64,000 bases of DNA from Torpedo marmorata. Its lineage: Eukaryota. The stretch spans positions 289,602,001 through 289,666,000 of the forward strand of contig OZ360220.1 of assembly GCA_977017645.1 (NCBI GenBank). Direction: 5' to 3'. Below are positions 51,009 through 60,989 of the stretch, in pieces. The notes beneath the pieces were generated by a model that had not been told where the DNA came from, made no database searches, and saw only the letters and a program-made list of their open reading frames with translations. A program made the translations under genes and the position numbers. The first letter of the stretch is position 1; each line of letters opens with the position of its first letter.

Positions 51009-51242
51009 TGTTGCTGGTTTATGTTACACACACCCTAGCTTTTAATTAGCTTTACAAAAGGAATGTCTTAAACCAGACTGGAATTCCTTCAATTACCAAG
51101 CTGGAGCTTGATTCAAATTCAGCCGATTGATCTCGAATCAATCGACCTCCAAGCTCCCAAATTTGTTTTGATCCCAAATTTGTTTGGATCCTGGATGATT
51201 GATCACCAATCAATCGACCCCTAAGCTCCCAAATTTGTTGAG

Positions 51243-51260
51243 ATCCCGGCCGAGCCCCCA
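51243..51260 (-). promoter_or_regulatory. Primer binding site, tRNA-Pro (Gmr1-B)
   Basis: TGGGGGCTCGGCCGGGAT, 17/18 to canonical. Confidence 0.88.
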
Positions 51261-51263
51261 ATT

Positions 51264-52056
51264 TGTTTCAAACTCATACCAGCGACGACAGAAGATGCAA
51301 TGCAAAGGGGTTAAAATTTATATTTATTAAAGACAATTCAATATATAACTTCTTAATGATTAACCCCACTATAAATGTCTATAACAACTATTCAGTTATC
51401 AAATACTTATCTAAAGTGTGTGTGTGTGTGTGTGAAAAGCCCAAACCATTACAGTCTGTGCCCAACCCTCATGTGAAAAGGGAAAACCATCCCCAAAACC
51501 CCAGGTCAGTCATAAAAATAAATTAGTCCAAAAAATACAGTCCACAAAATTCACTCTCTATGTTCAGGGTCCAAATTCAGCTCTGTGTGCTGCCATGAAG
51601 GACTTCTTAATGAACGTTGGAGAGAGAGACACTGACTGTTTTAAGCTTACGAATGCTTGGTCTGCTATATGCTTCCGATGACTTTCCTTTTGCAGGTGCA
51701 TGAGGGTTGCTGTTCAAATAAGTGTTCCACTGATGAAGGTGTCCATGTGGATCTCACAGCCCGTCTAGCTGGTCTCACGCCTGTTATCCTCGAAAGTTGC
51801 TTTAAATCAGTATTTTACTGATAAAGGAGACCATGTGCTCTTCTCAACAGCCTTTCTTGCTGGAATGCACAAGCCTCTGTTTTTGCTGTTCTCTCTCCAG
51901 CCATTGCAACTCCACTGAATGCTTTTGCAGAGTTTTGCACCTGCTTTTCCAAAAGTGCAACAAAGTATATTTTTCATAGCCTGTCTCTCTCTCTATGTGT
52001 GTCTCTCTCTGAGCACAGCCAGCCCTGGGCAAGTTAACTCTTTCAGTACCTGGTCC
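51264..52056 (-). repeat. 5' LTR of Gmr1-B, main part; the remainder is at 60994-61065
   Basis: Colinear with 35459-36341 once the ERV is removed (CCTGGTCC|CAGTGTG). Confidence 0.92.
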
Positions 52057-52639
52057 TGAGAAAGTTGACTCTAAAATGGCATCTAAAGTTGCAAAGTATT
52101 GCGAGACATTTGACCAGAGTAACTTACTTATCGTACATAAATACTTTAAGTGTGATTATATTTAACCTTCTGCTTATACAGAGATACTTAACAAACAAAA
52201 CTGGACAGCTCCTTATCTATTCTAAACTGCACTCTGTACCATGGAGCAAATAACGGTCATAAGGATACGAAAGGATAGTAAAAAACAATTCCTTATGAGG
52301 AGTATGTTTAAATAGGTTAAAACTGCTGGACTACAAAATACGTAATCACGAGTTAGAATGAATGGTCTCGAAACTGCTTATCAGATGGAAGTAGCTGCGT
52401 AAGAAAAACAAGTCCACTTATGGTGCAGCTGAACTTTGTTAATGCTAAGAACTAAGAATGGTATTATAACCTCAGATGTGTTGGCATGCTTTGAGTGGGG
52501 GCTCCAGAGCACAGAGCATATGTGCTTATGCGCAGTGTTGTACTCTGGCCACTCCGATCCAGATCAAGTTGATTAAACTGAGTTGTTCTATTGAACTGTT
52601 GTTGTCCGGTTATTCTCTCTTAGGTAACGAACACTTACA
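52057..52639 (+). repeat. ERV 5' LTR
   Basis: TG...CA; TATA-like motif near 52462; ATTAAA at 52572. About 5% divergent from the 3' LTR by eye. Confidence 0.95.
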
Positions 52640-52640
52640 T

Positions 52641-52658
52641 TGGCGTAGTCGGCAGGAT
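52641..52658 (+). promoter_or_regulatory. ERV primer binding site, tRNA-Ser
   Basis: TGGCGTAGTCGGCAGGAT is the complement of the tRNA-Ser 3' end ATCCTGCCGACTACGCCA (recalled sequence). Confidence 0.9.
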
Positions 52659-53081
52659 TTCACTGGGACAGATGCCGGAGACTGAGTAGGAGGCTGCAGG
52701 TTGCCGGGATTGAAAGAGGAGAAAGGTGAGCTCTAGGTGGACCCTTTGAGACCGACCTCCTAAGGAACCTCCCGGGAATACTGTGGTCCCTCATCCGAGG
52801 TAGATCTGATTCCCTGCCGAAACACAGGAAGAGTGAATACCGGTGAGTAAAAGAATATATATATATTCGGGTAGTGAAAAGGGGAAAACTTGTGGTGCTG
52901 GGGAAGTTGCAGGCAAGAGGCTTGCCAGTGAAAAATCGCAAGCAGTAAGATTTGTTGCTCAGTAAATTAGGATAGGGTCCATCTCTGACACCTTGCCCTA
53001 GAATAGTTGTTAAGAGAGGAAATCCTCCACGCGAAGGTCGGGAACCTGAAGTAGGTGCAAAGGAGATGGACTGAGGGGCTA

Positions 53082-54647
53082 ATGGGAAATAGCCTGGATA
53101 AAAGTGACGGGGGAGAACCCATACAGATAATGTGTTATTTGAAACCTCAATATAATAAAGACTATCGAACCTTAAGTTATTGGTTAACCAAGAGATTAGG
53201 AAACGAGGCCTGACCCATTGGAGGAACATGGAATGTTGAGACAATAAAGAAAGCAATGGATGCGAGGAGTAGGATTTGGGTGAATAATGCATGTAAAAAG
53301 GGTATAGAGATACATGATAAGGAAGGAAAACTCAAAGAATGGAAGGTTCTGGAGGCAGAATGTAAGTGGATAGAGGAGAAGGAAAAGCTTGAGAAAGAAA
53401 GTAATGGTACCAGTAAAGAAAATCTGAGGAAACAGCTAGTTAACAAAAAACGCTAGGAAAAACCACAGACAAGTTCAGCCTCCGGAGACCCCATGTTTGG
53501 CATAACGACCCTAACAATCAGTGATAATGAGAAAGAAGAGGACGATGGATTCCGGGGAAGACCCCCTCCATATGCACCAGTCCAGGCTAACGTAGGACCC
53601 CTATCAGGAGCACAGGGAAAATCATTACATCCTAATATCAGCAATGATGGAGAAGGAGATCTATCACCCTTCCCTAGCATGACTCCTGCCGAGGAGGTAA
53701 AAATACATCCCCGACCACTACACCAGCCTGACAGACTGCAGATGTTCCCACTTAGAACTGTGCCCAACCCTCAGGCAGGCCAAGGGAACCAACCTCTTAA
53801 TGTAGAAATATATTCCCCATAGAAACCCCAGGAATTATGTTTGATTAGAGATAAAGCCCCAAATAAGACTGCGTCGCCTGACGCATTTGTCGATTATTTA
53901 CGATCTACAGTGGAATATTACAGTGCCAATGATCGAGATTTGTGGGGTCTGACAATATCACTATTGACGGTAGCAGAAAAGACTAAATGGAAAAATGCTA
54001 TGAACCTTTAAACTTGGGAGGCAGTCAAAAACATCCCGGCACACAGAGAAGATGTTGGAATTCCCCCCTGTATAAACTTTATGATGGAACATTTAACTAA
54101 TTGTTTAAAACAGCCCATCAATATGTCTAAAGTGATTGATTGTAAGCCAGCTCCACGGGAAGATCCACAGACCTATTTGTCGAAACGTATAAAACCCATG
54201 CCGGAGATAGTGCTTTTAACCGGGGGGGGGGGTGTAATTCGGCACCATTCAATTCGATTCTTATGAGTTGTCTACCCTACAAGCAACAAACAATGATAAA
54301 AACTAATCTGAATTGGGCTGAAAATGACTTGAATCAGATGAGATGCGCTGTGGTTACATTTTGGCCAGAAGCATCCGGAAAGGGACCTGGAGTAGCAGGA
54401 GGAATGGGGATAGGAATTAAAAATGAATATGTGTTGAGAGAAGATGATTTAGCACCTGAGAGGAGGTCCTGGTCGCTCTTTTGGAAACACCGGCCAAAGG
54501 TAGTGGGACTGGAATAAGAATAGGAATAATTGATGTTTCCGATGTGGGAGAGAGGGACATTGGATGAGGGATTGTCTGGCAAGAAGGGGACCGGGACCAG
54601 AAGCACGAAGAACCCCATACTCTGACCATAATCCCTTTCGCCAGTGA
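53082..54647 (+). pseudogene. gag: ERV gag
   Basis: MGNS start, PPPY late domain, QMFPLR capsid start, and CFRCGREGHWMRDC knuckle at 54534-54575. Several stops and frameshifts. Confidence 0.88.
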
Positions 54648-57600
54648 CTCACCTCAGAGTCCCAATGGCATCTCTTTCCCTTGCTGTCTAACACAGATGA
54701 GGAGCCCACTGTAGTAATGAAGTTGGAGGGATTCCGGATTCCATTTATGATTGACACAGGGGTAACAATGTCAACCCTGCGAAATGAGGTTGTGGAACAC
54801 CTACGGATCCCTCTTTCAGGAGAGAAGACTCGACTTTCTGGAATTGATGGCAAGACTAAGGTATACACCTTAACCTATCCGCTGACAGTGGAATTTGAAA
54901 GGAACATGTACACCTTGACCTTTTCCATTACTGCAGGTCTTGATTGTAATATAGCTGGGAGAGACATGCTGATGGGGCTGGGAATTAACATTGAGTGTTC
55001 GGACCAGGGGCTATCTATATACCACCCACGAGCACTGGTTATAAAATTTCCACCACCACAATGGTGGGCGGTTGATTTAATGCCTGCTCCTGAACTAAAG
55101 GGATTGCCCAATCCCCATGTAACCCTGTATTGTGATGCCACTGGTTGCAACGAAGAAATGACTGAATATTTTGAATCCCTCCTTACTAAGCCAGTAATGG
55201 TAACTATCATCGGAGACGTAGCCGGAGATCCAGGAACAGCATTAGTCGCCAGACTGCCGGACGGATTGTGGAAGTTAGATTCGGACCTAACCAGCCCTCA
55301 TGTTACGACCTCCGTAAGTGCTGGACATACACCAAAAGAATTAAGCCATTTGGTCTACACCTTGTTAAATCAGGCTCGACCTAACGACTTTGGAGAGCAA
55401 CACCTTTCGGCTGGAACACTTCGGTTTTGGAAGACACCATGCCTCCTAAATGGGGAGGAATGACATCATCGAGCGGGGAGACCAGAAGACCACGACAACA
55501 AGGGACACTTGTGGTCGGTATCACCTTATGAGGTGGGACTAACTACTTGCGACCCGATCAACATTAAGACACAAGAAGGTGTCACGCTCCCGTCAGTCCC
55601 ACAGTATCCATTGCAAGAGGAAGCAAAGAAAGGAGTAAGAGCACTGATTTATTCGTTGTGACATCAAGGAATTCTGAAGGAATGCCAGTCGCCATGTAAC
55701 ACTCCTATATTTCCAGTGCCTAAAGCAGGACGAACTGAGTGGCGCCTGGTCCAAGATCTACGAGCCATAAACAAGGTGGTAGAACCTGTGCATGCTATTG
55801 TTCCCAATCCTGCAACCATCCTCAGCCAGATTCCTGCGACAGCTATGATTTTCACTGTAGTCGACTTTCAGCATGCTTTCTTTTCGGTTCCCTTACATCC
55901 TGACTGTGAATACCTCTTTTCTTTCACCTATGATAAACGACAATACACCTGGACAAGGCTGCCACAGGACTTTGTGCACTCGCCTACCATTTTTTCACAG
56001 GCTCTAGCGAAACAATTAAGTACATTGACCCTGCCCCGTGAATCCACGATTGAACAGTACGTAGATGACCTTCTACTTGCTAGCAAGACCACCGACGACA
56101 ATATAGCCGATACGGATGTCTTGCTTGAAGCATTACACCAATGGGGCTATGTAATCCCCAAGAGGAAAGTAACCCAGGCACAGCGGGAAGTTAAGTTTCT
56201 GGGAATACGGTTGAGTGCCAAGGAACAGACTCTCACTGAAGATCGTCTACGTCCGATACTGCATCACCCAGCACCTACCACCCCGAAACAGATGCATGCC
56301 TTCCTAGGATTGATCAACTTCTGCTGGCAGGGGATTCCGGACGTGGCAGTATATACCAAGCACCTGTCACCCTACTCCTCAGCAAATGCTCCTCAGACTT
56401 TTGTACTCACTCAGGAAGAATTGAAGATGTTTGTAGAATTAAAAAGGGCTCTTTCCTCAACACCGGTTATAGGGAGGCCCTTGTATGACCGGCCGTTCCA
56501 ACTGTATGTCACAATAATCCAAGACTGTGCATCTGCAGTTCTCACCCAGAAACATGGGGATGTCCGAAGGCCGGTGGCTTACCACTCAGTCCGGTTGGAT
56601 CCGGTTGCACGTGGCTACCCACCTATGCAGCTGTCACTGCAGCATCTAACATTACTCTCCATCATCCTGTGACTGTGTATACAACTCATTGTGTTACAGT
56701 TCTGATGAATTCTGACTTGACCAAATACACGACTATGGCTCGGTTCGGAAGGTATGAAGTAAGCCTTTTATACAATCCTAATTTGACCTTTCAACACTGT
56801 TCTACGATTAACCCCTCTTCCTTCCTCTAATGCCCGCCGGAAGGACTTGTGGATCCACCGCATGATTGTATCCAAGAAAACTCCACTTTAACTAGGGTAA
56901 GGGAAGATCTATTAGATACCCTCCTGCCTGAGCCATGCTCTACATGGTTTGTTGATGGTGTTGCAGGACACAGGGAGAAGAGCTTCCAGATATGTCATGG
57001 TTTGCCAGGACGGAACACTGGTTGAAGATGGAAGATTTGAGAGTTCTCTTTCAGCCCAGCAAACGGAACTCTATGCTTTGACCCGTGCCTGTATTCTAGG
57101 TAAAGACAAGGATGTAAATCTTTATACTGATTCCCGTTATGTTTTCGGAGTTGCCCATGACTTTGGGGCACTATGGCAACACCGAGGGTTTCTGACGTCT
57201 GCAGGGACCCCAATCAAAAATGCCTCCTATGTTATGAATTTGCTGAAGGCCCACACTAGGGGAAACGATGCTGTATCCCAAGGGAATGTGGCAGCGGACA
57301 GAGCGGCTAAGAAAGCTGCAAGCCAGTCCTCGCATTTAGTTCCAACTGAGGGGCAGATCCTGATCAATAGAACGGTTATGCCAAACATGGAAATAACGTT
57401 AAGTAAACAGAGGGACGCCTCTGCCAACGAAATTGATCTATGGAAACAAGAGGGTTGCACCCAAGACTCTCAGACAGGTCTGTGGCTTACCCCCCCCTTG
57501 GACAAGTATGTATACCCGATTCCCTGCTACCCATTATTTTGAATTATTTACATACCCTCACGCATGCTAGAAAGGAGGGAATGATAAGAATGATTGGGGA

Positions 57601-58545
57601 AACATGGTGGCATCCTAAGGTACGGCAAGAGGCACTGCGAGTGGCCTCAGAATGTAAAATTTGCAAAAGAATAAATCCCGGAAAAGCAGTAAAAGGATCT
57701 ACAGGAAATACACCTATGCCATCATGCCCATTTGAATGTATCCAAATTGATTACATAGCAATGCCCAGGGCTCAGTGCTATAAATATTGTTTAGTAATCT
57801 TGGATTTATTTAGCAGATGGATTGAGGCTCTGCCGACCACCAACAACACAGCTGAAACCACGGTAACCCTACTATTAAAGGAAGTAATACCAATATTTGG
57901 GTTACCAACAACTATAAGTTCGGATAATGGCCCATATTTTGTTGCAGTAATAAATAAGGAACTATGTGACTATTTTAAAATAAAGCAACAGTTCCACTGC
58001 GTACATCATCCCCAAGCTGCAGGTGTGGTGGAAAGAGCCAATGGAGTATTGAAAAATGAGGTGACTAAGTTGATAAGGGAAACAGGCAATCATGGATTAA
58101 GGTACTGCCTCTCGCCCTGTTTGAAATGAGGGTCACTCCTCATGGCACCACCAGAATCTCCCCTGCTGAAGTACTTCATGGAAGACCACTGAGGACTCCC
58201 TGGGGAGCAGAGAAAAACGGGCTAGGAACATTGGACTTACATGCACTCAGTGATGAATTAATCACCTATGTGAAGCAACTAACTCATACTTTGTCAGTAT
58301 TGCACTCACAGGTAAAGGATTCGCAGAGACCTTGTGATGAACCGGAGAGAGACAAAGGGCATCTTCTGCAACCAGGCGACTATGTGTTAATCCGAAATTG
58401 GGACAAAAAGAGACTGGGAGATCGGTGGAACGGACCGTTCCAAGTACGACTCACCACCCCGACAGCAGTAAAGGTTGAAGGCAATTCACGGTGGATACAC
58501 GTTACAGACTGTAAGAGGATCGGTGGAAGACACCAACCCACATGA
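54648..58545 (+). pseudogene. pol: ERV pol: protease, 2H-like domain, RT, RNase H, integrase
   Basis: IDTG; SPCNTPIFPVPK, WRLVQDLRAIN, YTWTRLPQ, QYVDDLLL; WFVDG, SAQQTEL, YTDSRY; HHCC, QIDYI, SDNG, VERAN; WNGPF. Confidence 0.95.
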
Positions 58546-58758
58546 TGAAGGGAACACTTGCCTACTATGGACTTGCATGCTCAATTCTATCATTAACCTT
58601 TGCTCTACAACATAACTTGTTTTATCAAACGCATAACCTTTTATATGGTAATCGCACGGTATGTTACCCATTAGCCAGGTCAGTAAGAACGTTGTTTGCA
58701 GCATCCCCTGTTAGTTATCCCTTTGAAACACTGGTCAAGGGAAGTAATAATAGTCATT

Positions 58759-59063
58759 ATTCACCTGTCCTTCCTGTTTTTTTCCACCCACCCAGCCATC
58801 CCTCCTCCCCCTCTTTGCTGCTGTCCCCTCCCTCCTTTCTCCACCTATCATCTCCTGCCTTTCCCACCCCCCTTCCCCCCTCACTCCTTTGTTCGGACGT
58901 CTGCCGGCATTTTCTCATACTTTGATGAAGGGCTCAAGCCCGAAACGTCGGTTATGTATTTCTACCTTTGCTACATAAAAGACACTGTTTGACCTGCTGA
59001 GTTCTCCAGCTTTTGTGTTTTTTACTTCAACCACGGTGTCTACAGATTTTCATGTTTACTTTT
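58759..59063 (+). mobile_element. Penelope 3' fragment in env
   Basis: Reverse complement of 462-730. 14-bp TSD TAATAATAGTCATT at 58745-58758 and 59064-59077. Confidence 0.92.
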
Positions 59064-60047
59064 TAATAATAGTCATTGCCAAGGTACTGACGGTACCTTC
59101 TTGGTGGGAGGAAGGGGCCACTGTTGGTCTATACGACCACCCTGGCACACGGAAAAAAATAATACATGTCAATTGGGGTACCATTTTAAGGAATATTACC
59201 CTACTCCAATACCCGACGCACCCACCACCAAGAAAATAAGAAATGCCAATTTGAGCACGATAAAGGGACTAGCTATCTATCCCCTTTGCCACGATGGGAC
59301 TGGTTGGGCCTGTGTGCTTGTGAACGTTACCCAAAATTACACCTGCGTGGAACAGCATTGCACAGGAGGCTATGGCTGTGGTCTTCGGGGCAGTGTCTTC
59401 ACCTGCCAGTGCCTAAAATGGCAATGCTTAAATCTAGCTTCCGGGTTGCAGATGGTATGTGGGCAGAGTAACAGGACCCACCTGACCAGGGGAAACCTAA
59501 CCTTCTCCGATCCCTCCTGGACCTTTTATTATAAGTATAATAGGGACCACCAGCCAACTTCCTACAATAATACCTGCTACCGGATGAAGAAGGGATAGGT
59601 TTTCCTTTTTAATGGAACCTTTACAACAGCCACGAGACGACTACCTACCTATTTTGCAATTGGTGTGCTTGGTCCTATTACTGTTCCTTGTCCTAATAAG
59701 GCCTGGGCTAATCAACGTATCGTTGCCAGGTCTGCTAGTAAAGAATTTTGTGAGGACTGGAAAAACCCCAAAACCTTGGGATCACCAGTAGGCTATGGGA
59801 TCTTAAGTTCAATAACCCTTGGTGGAACTGCCAGCGTTATATCTACTAAAAAAATCGTAATTACCTTATCTGCGGCCTGACGCTTCTCGGAAACGAGATA
59901 ACTGCCACCATAGATGATATTAACAAAGAGCTCTCCGAACTCTGTTTGTATGCCCAGCAAAATCGATATGCCCTTGATTACCTCCTTGTTCAACAGGGAG
60001 AAGACGGTGTTTGCACCATTATTGGAGACAAATGTATTACCAATATA

Positions 60048-60127
60048 TTACACTGTTTGACCTGCTGAGTTCTCCAGCTTTTGTGTTTTTTACTCTAACC
60101 ACGGTGTCTACAGATTTTCGTGTTTAC
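60048..60127 (+). mobile_element. 80-bp Penelope 3' fragment in env
   Basis: Matches 58983-59060. 11-bp TSD TTACCAATATA at 60037-60047 and 60128-60138. Confidence 0.9.
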
Positions 60128-60378
60128 TTACCAATATAAGGGATCATTCATATAATATTTCTGAGCATATTGACCATATTAGGACATATGTTGATAGTCT
60201 CTGTGAAGGCCCACAAGTATGGTGGCCTTTCAACTGGCTGGGAAACCTATGGGGAAAGATGGTGCATTATGGGACTATCTTATTGCTTATTATTATTATC
60301 TTGCTTCTGCTTCGCTGTGTGGTACCAATCTTCAGAAGTCTGTGTGATATGAGGAAACTGTAGTTATCATATAATGAT

Positions 60379-60391
60379 AAAAGGGGGGGAA
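60379..60391 (+). promoter_or_regulatory. ERV polypurine tract
   Basis: AAAAGGGGGGGAA immediately before the 3' LTR. Confidence 0.92.
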
Positions 60392-60989
60392 TGAGAAAGT
60401 TGACTCTAAAATGGCATCTAAAGTTGCAAAGCATTGCGAGACGTTTGACCAGAGTAACTTACTTATAGTACATAAATACTTTAAGTGTGATTAGATTTAA
60501 CCTTCTGCTTATACAGAGATACTTAACAAAAACTAGACAGCTCGTTATCTATTCTAAACTGCACTCTGTACCATGGAGCAAATAACGGTCATAAGGATAT
60601 GAAAGGATAGTAAAAAAAAACTCCTTATGAGGAGTATGTTTAAATTGGTTCAAACTGCTAGACTACAAAATACGTAATCACGAGTTAAAATGAATGGTCT
60701 CGAAACTGTTTATCAGATGGAAGTAAAAAGATGTAAGAAAAACAAGTCCACTTATGGTGCAGCTGAACTTTGTTACTGACTAATGTATTTAAGTGCTAAG
60801 AACTAAGAATGGTATAAAAACCTCAGATGTGTAGGCATACTTTGAGTGGGGGCTCCAGAGCACGGAGCATATGTGCTTTTGCTCAGTGTTGTACTCTGGC
60901 CACTCCGATCGGATCAAGTTGATTAAACCGAGTTGTTCTATTGAACTGTTGTTGTCCAGTTATTCTCTCTTAGGTAACGAACTTTTACA
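60392..60989 (+). repeat. ERV 3' LTR
   Basis: Direct repeat of 52057-52639; TATAAAA near 60813. Confidence 0.95.

Larger units (their letters stand above)
58542..60363 (+). pseudogene. env: ERV env with two Penelope insertions, one stop and one frameshift
   Basis: Signal peptide, Cys-rich SU, QNRYALDYLL immunosuppressive-like motif, C-x6-C, and TM helix GTILLLIIIILLLL. TAG at 60361-60363. Confidence 0.9.
52057..60989 (+). mobile_element. Full-length endogenous retrovirus (gamma/epsilon-like pol), defective
   Basis: LTR-PBS-gag-pol-env-PPT-LTR. 4-bp TSD GTCC at 52053-52056 and 60990-60993. Confidence 0.96.

Noticed and set aside
52660-53292. 210-aa antisense ORF over the ERV leader as an accessory gene
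   Set aside because: Ser/Phe/Leu-rich composition is expected from the reverse of purine-rich sequence, and no motif was recognised.
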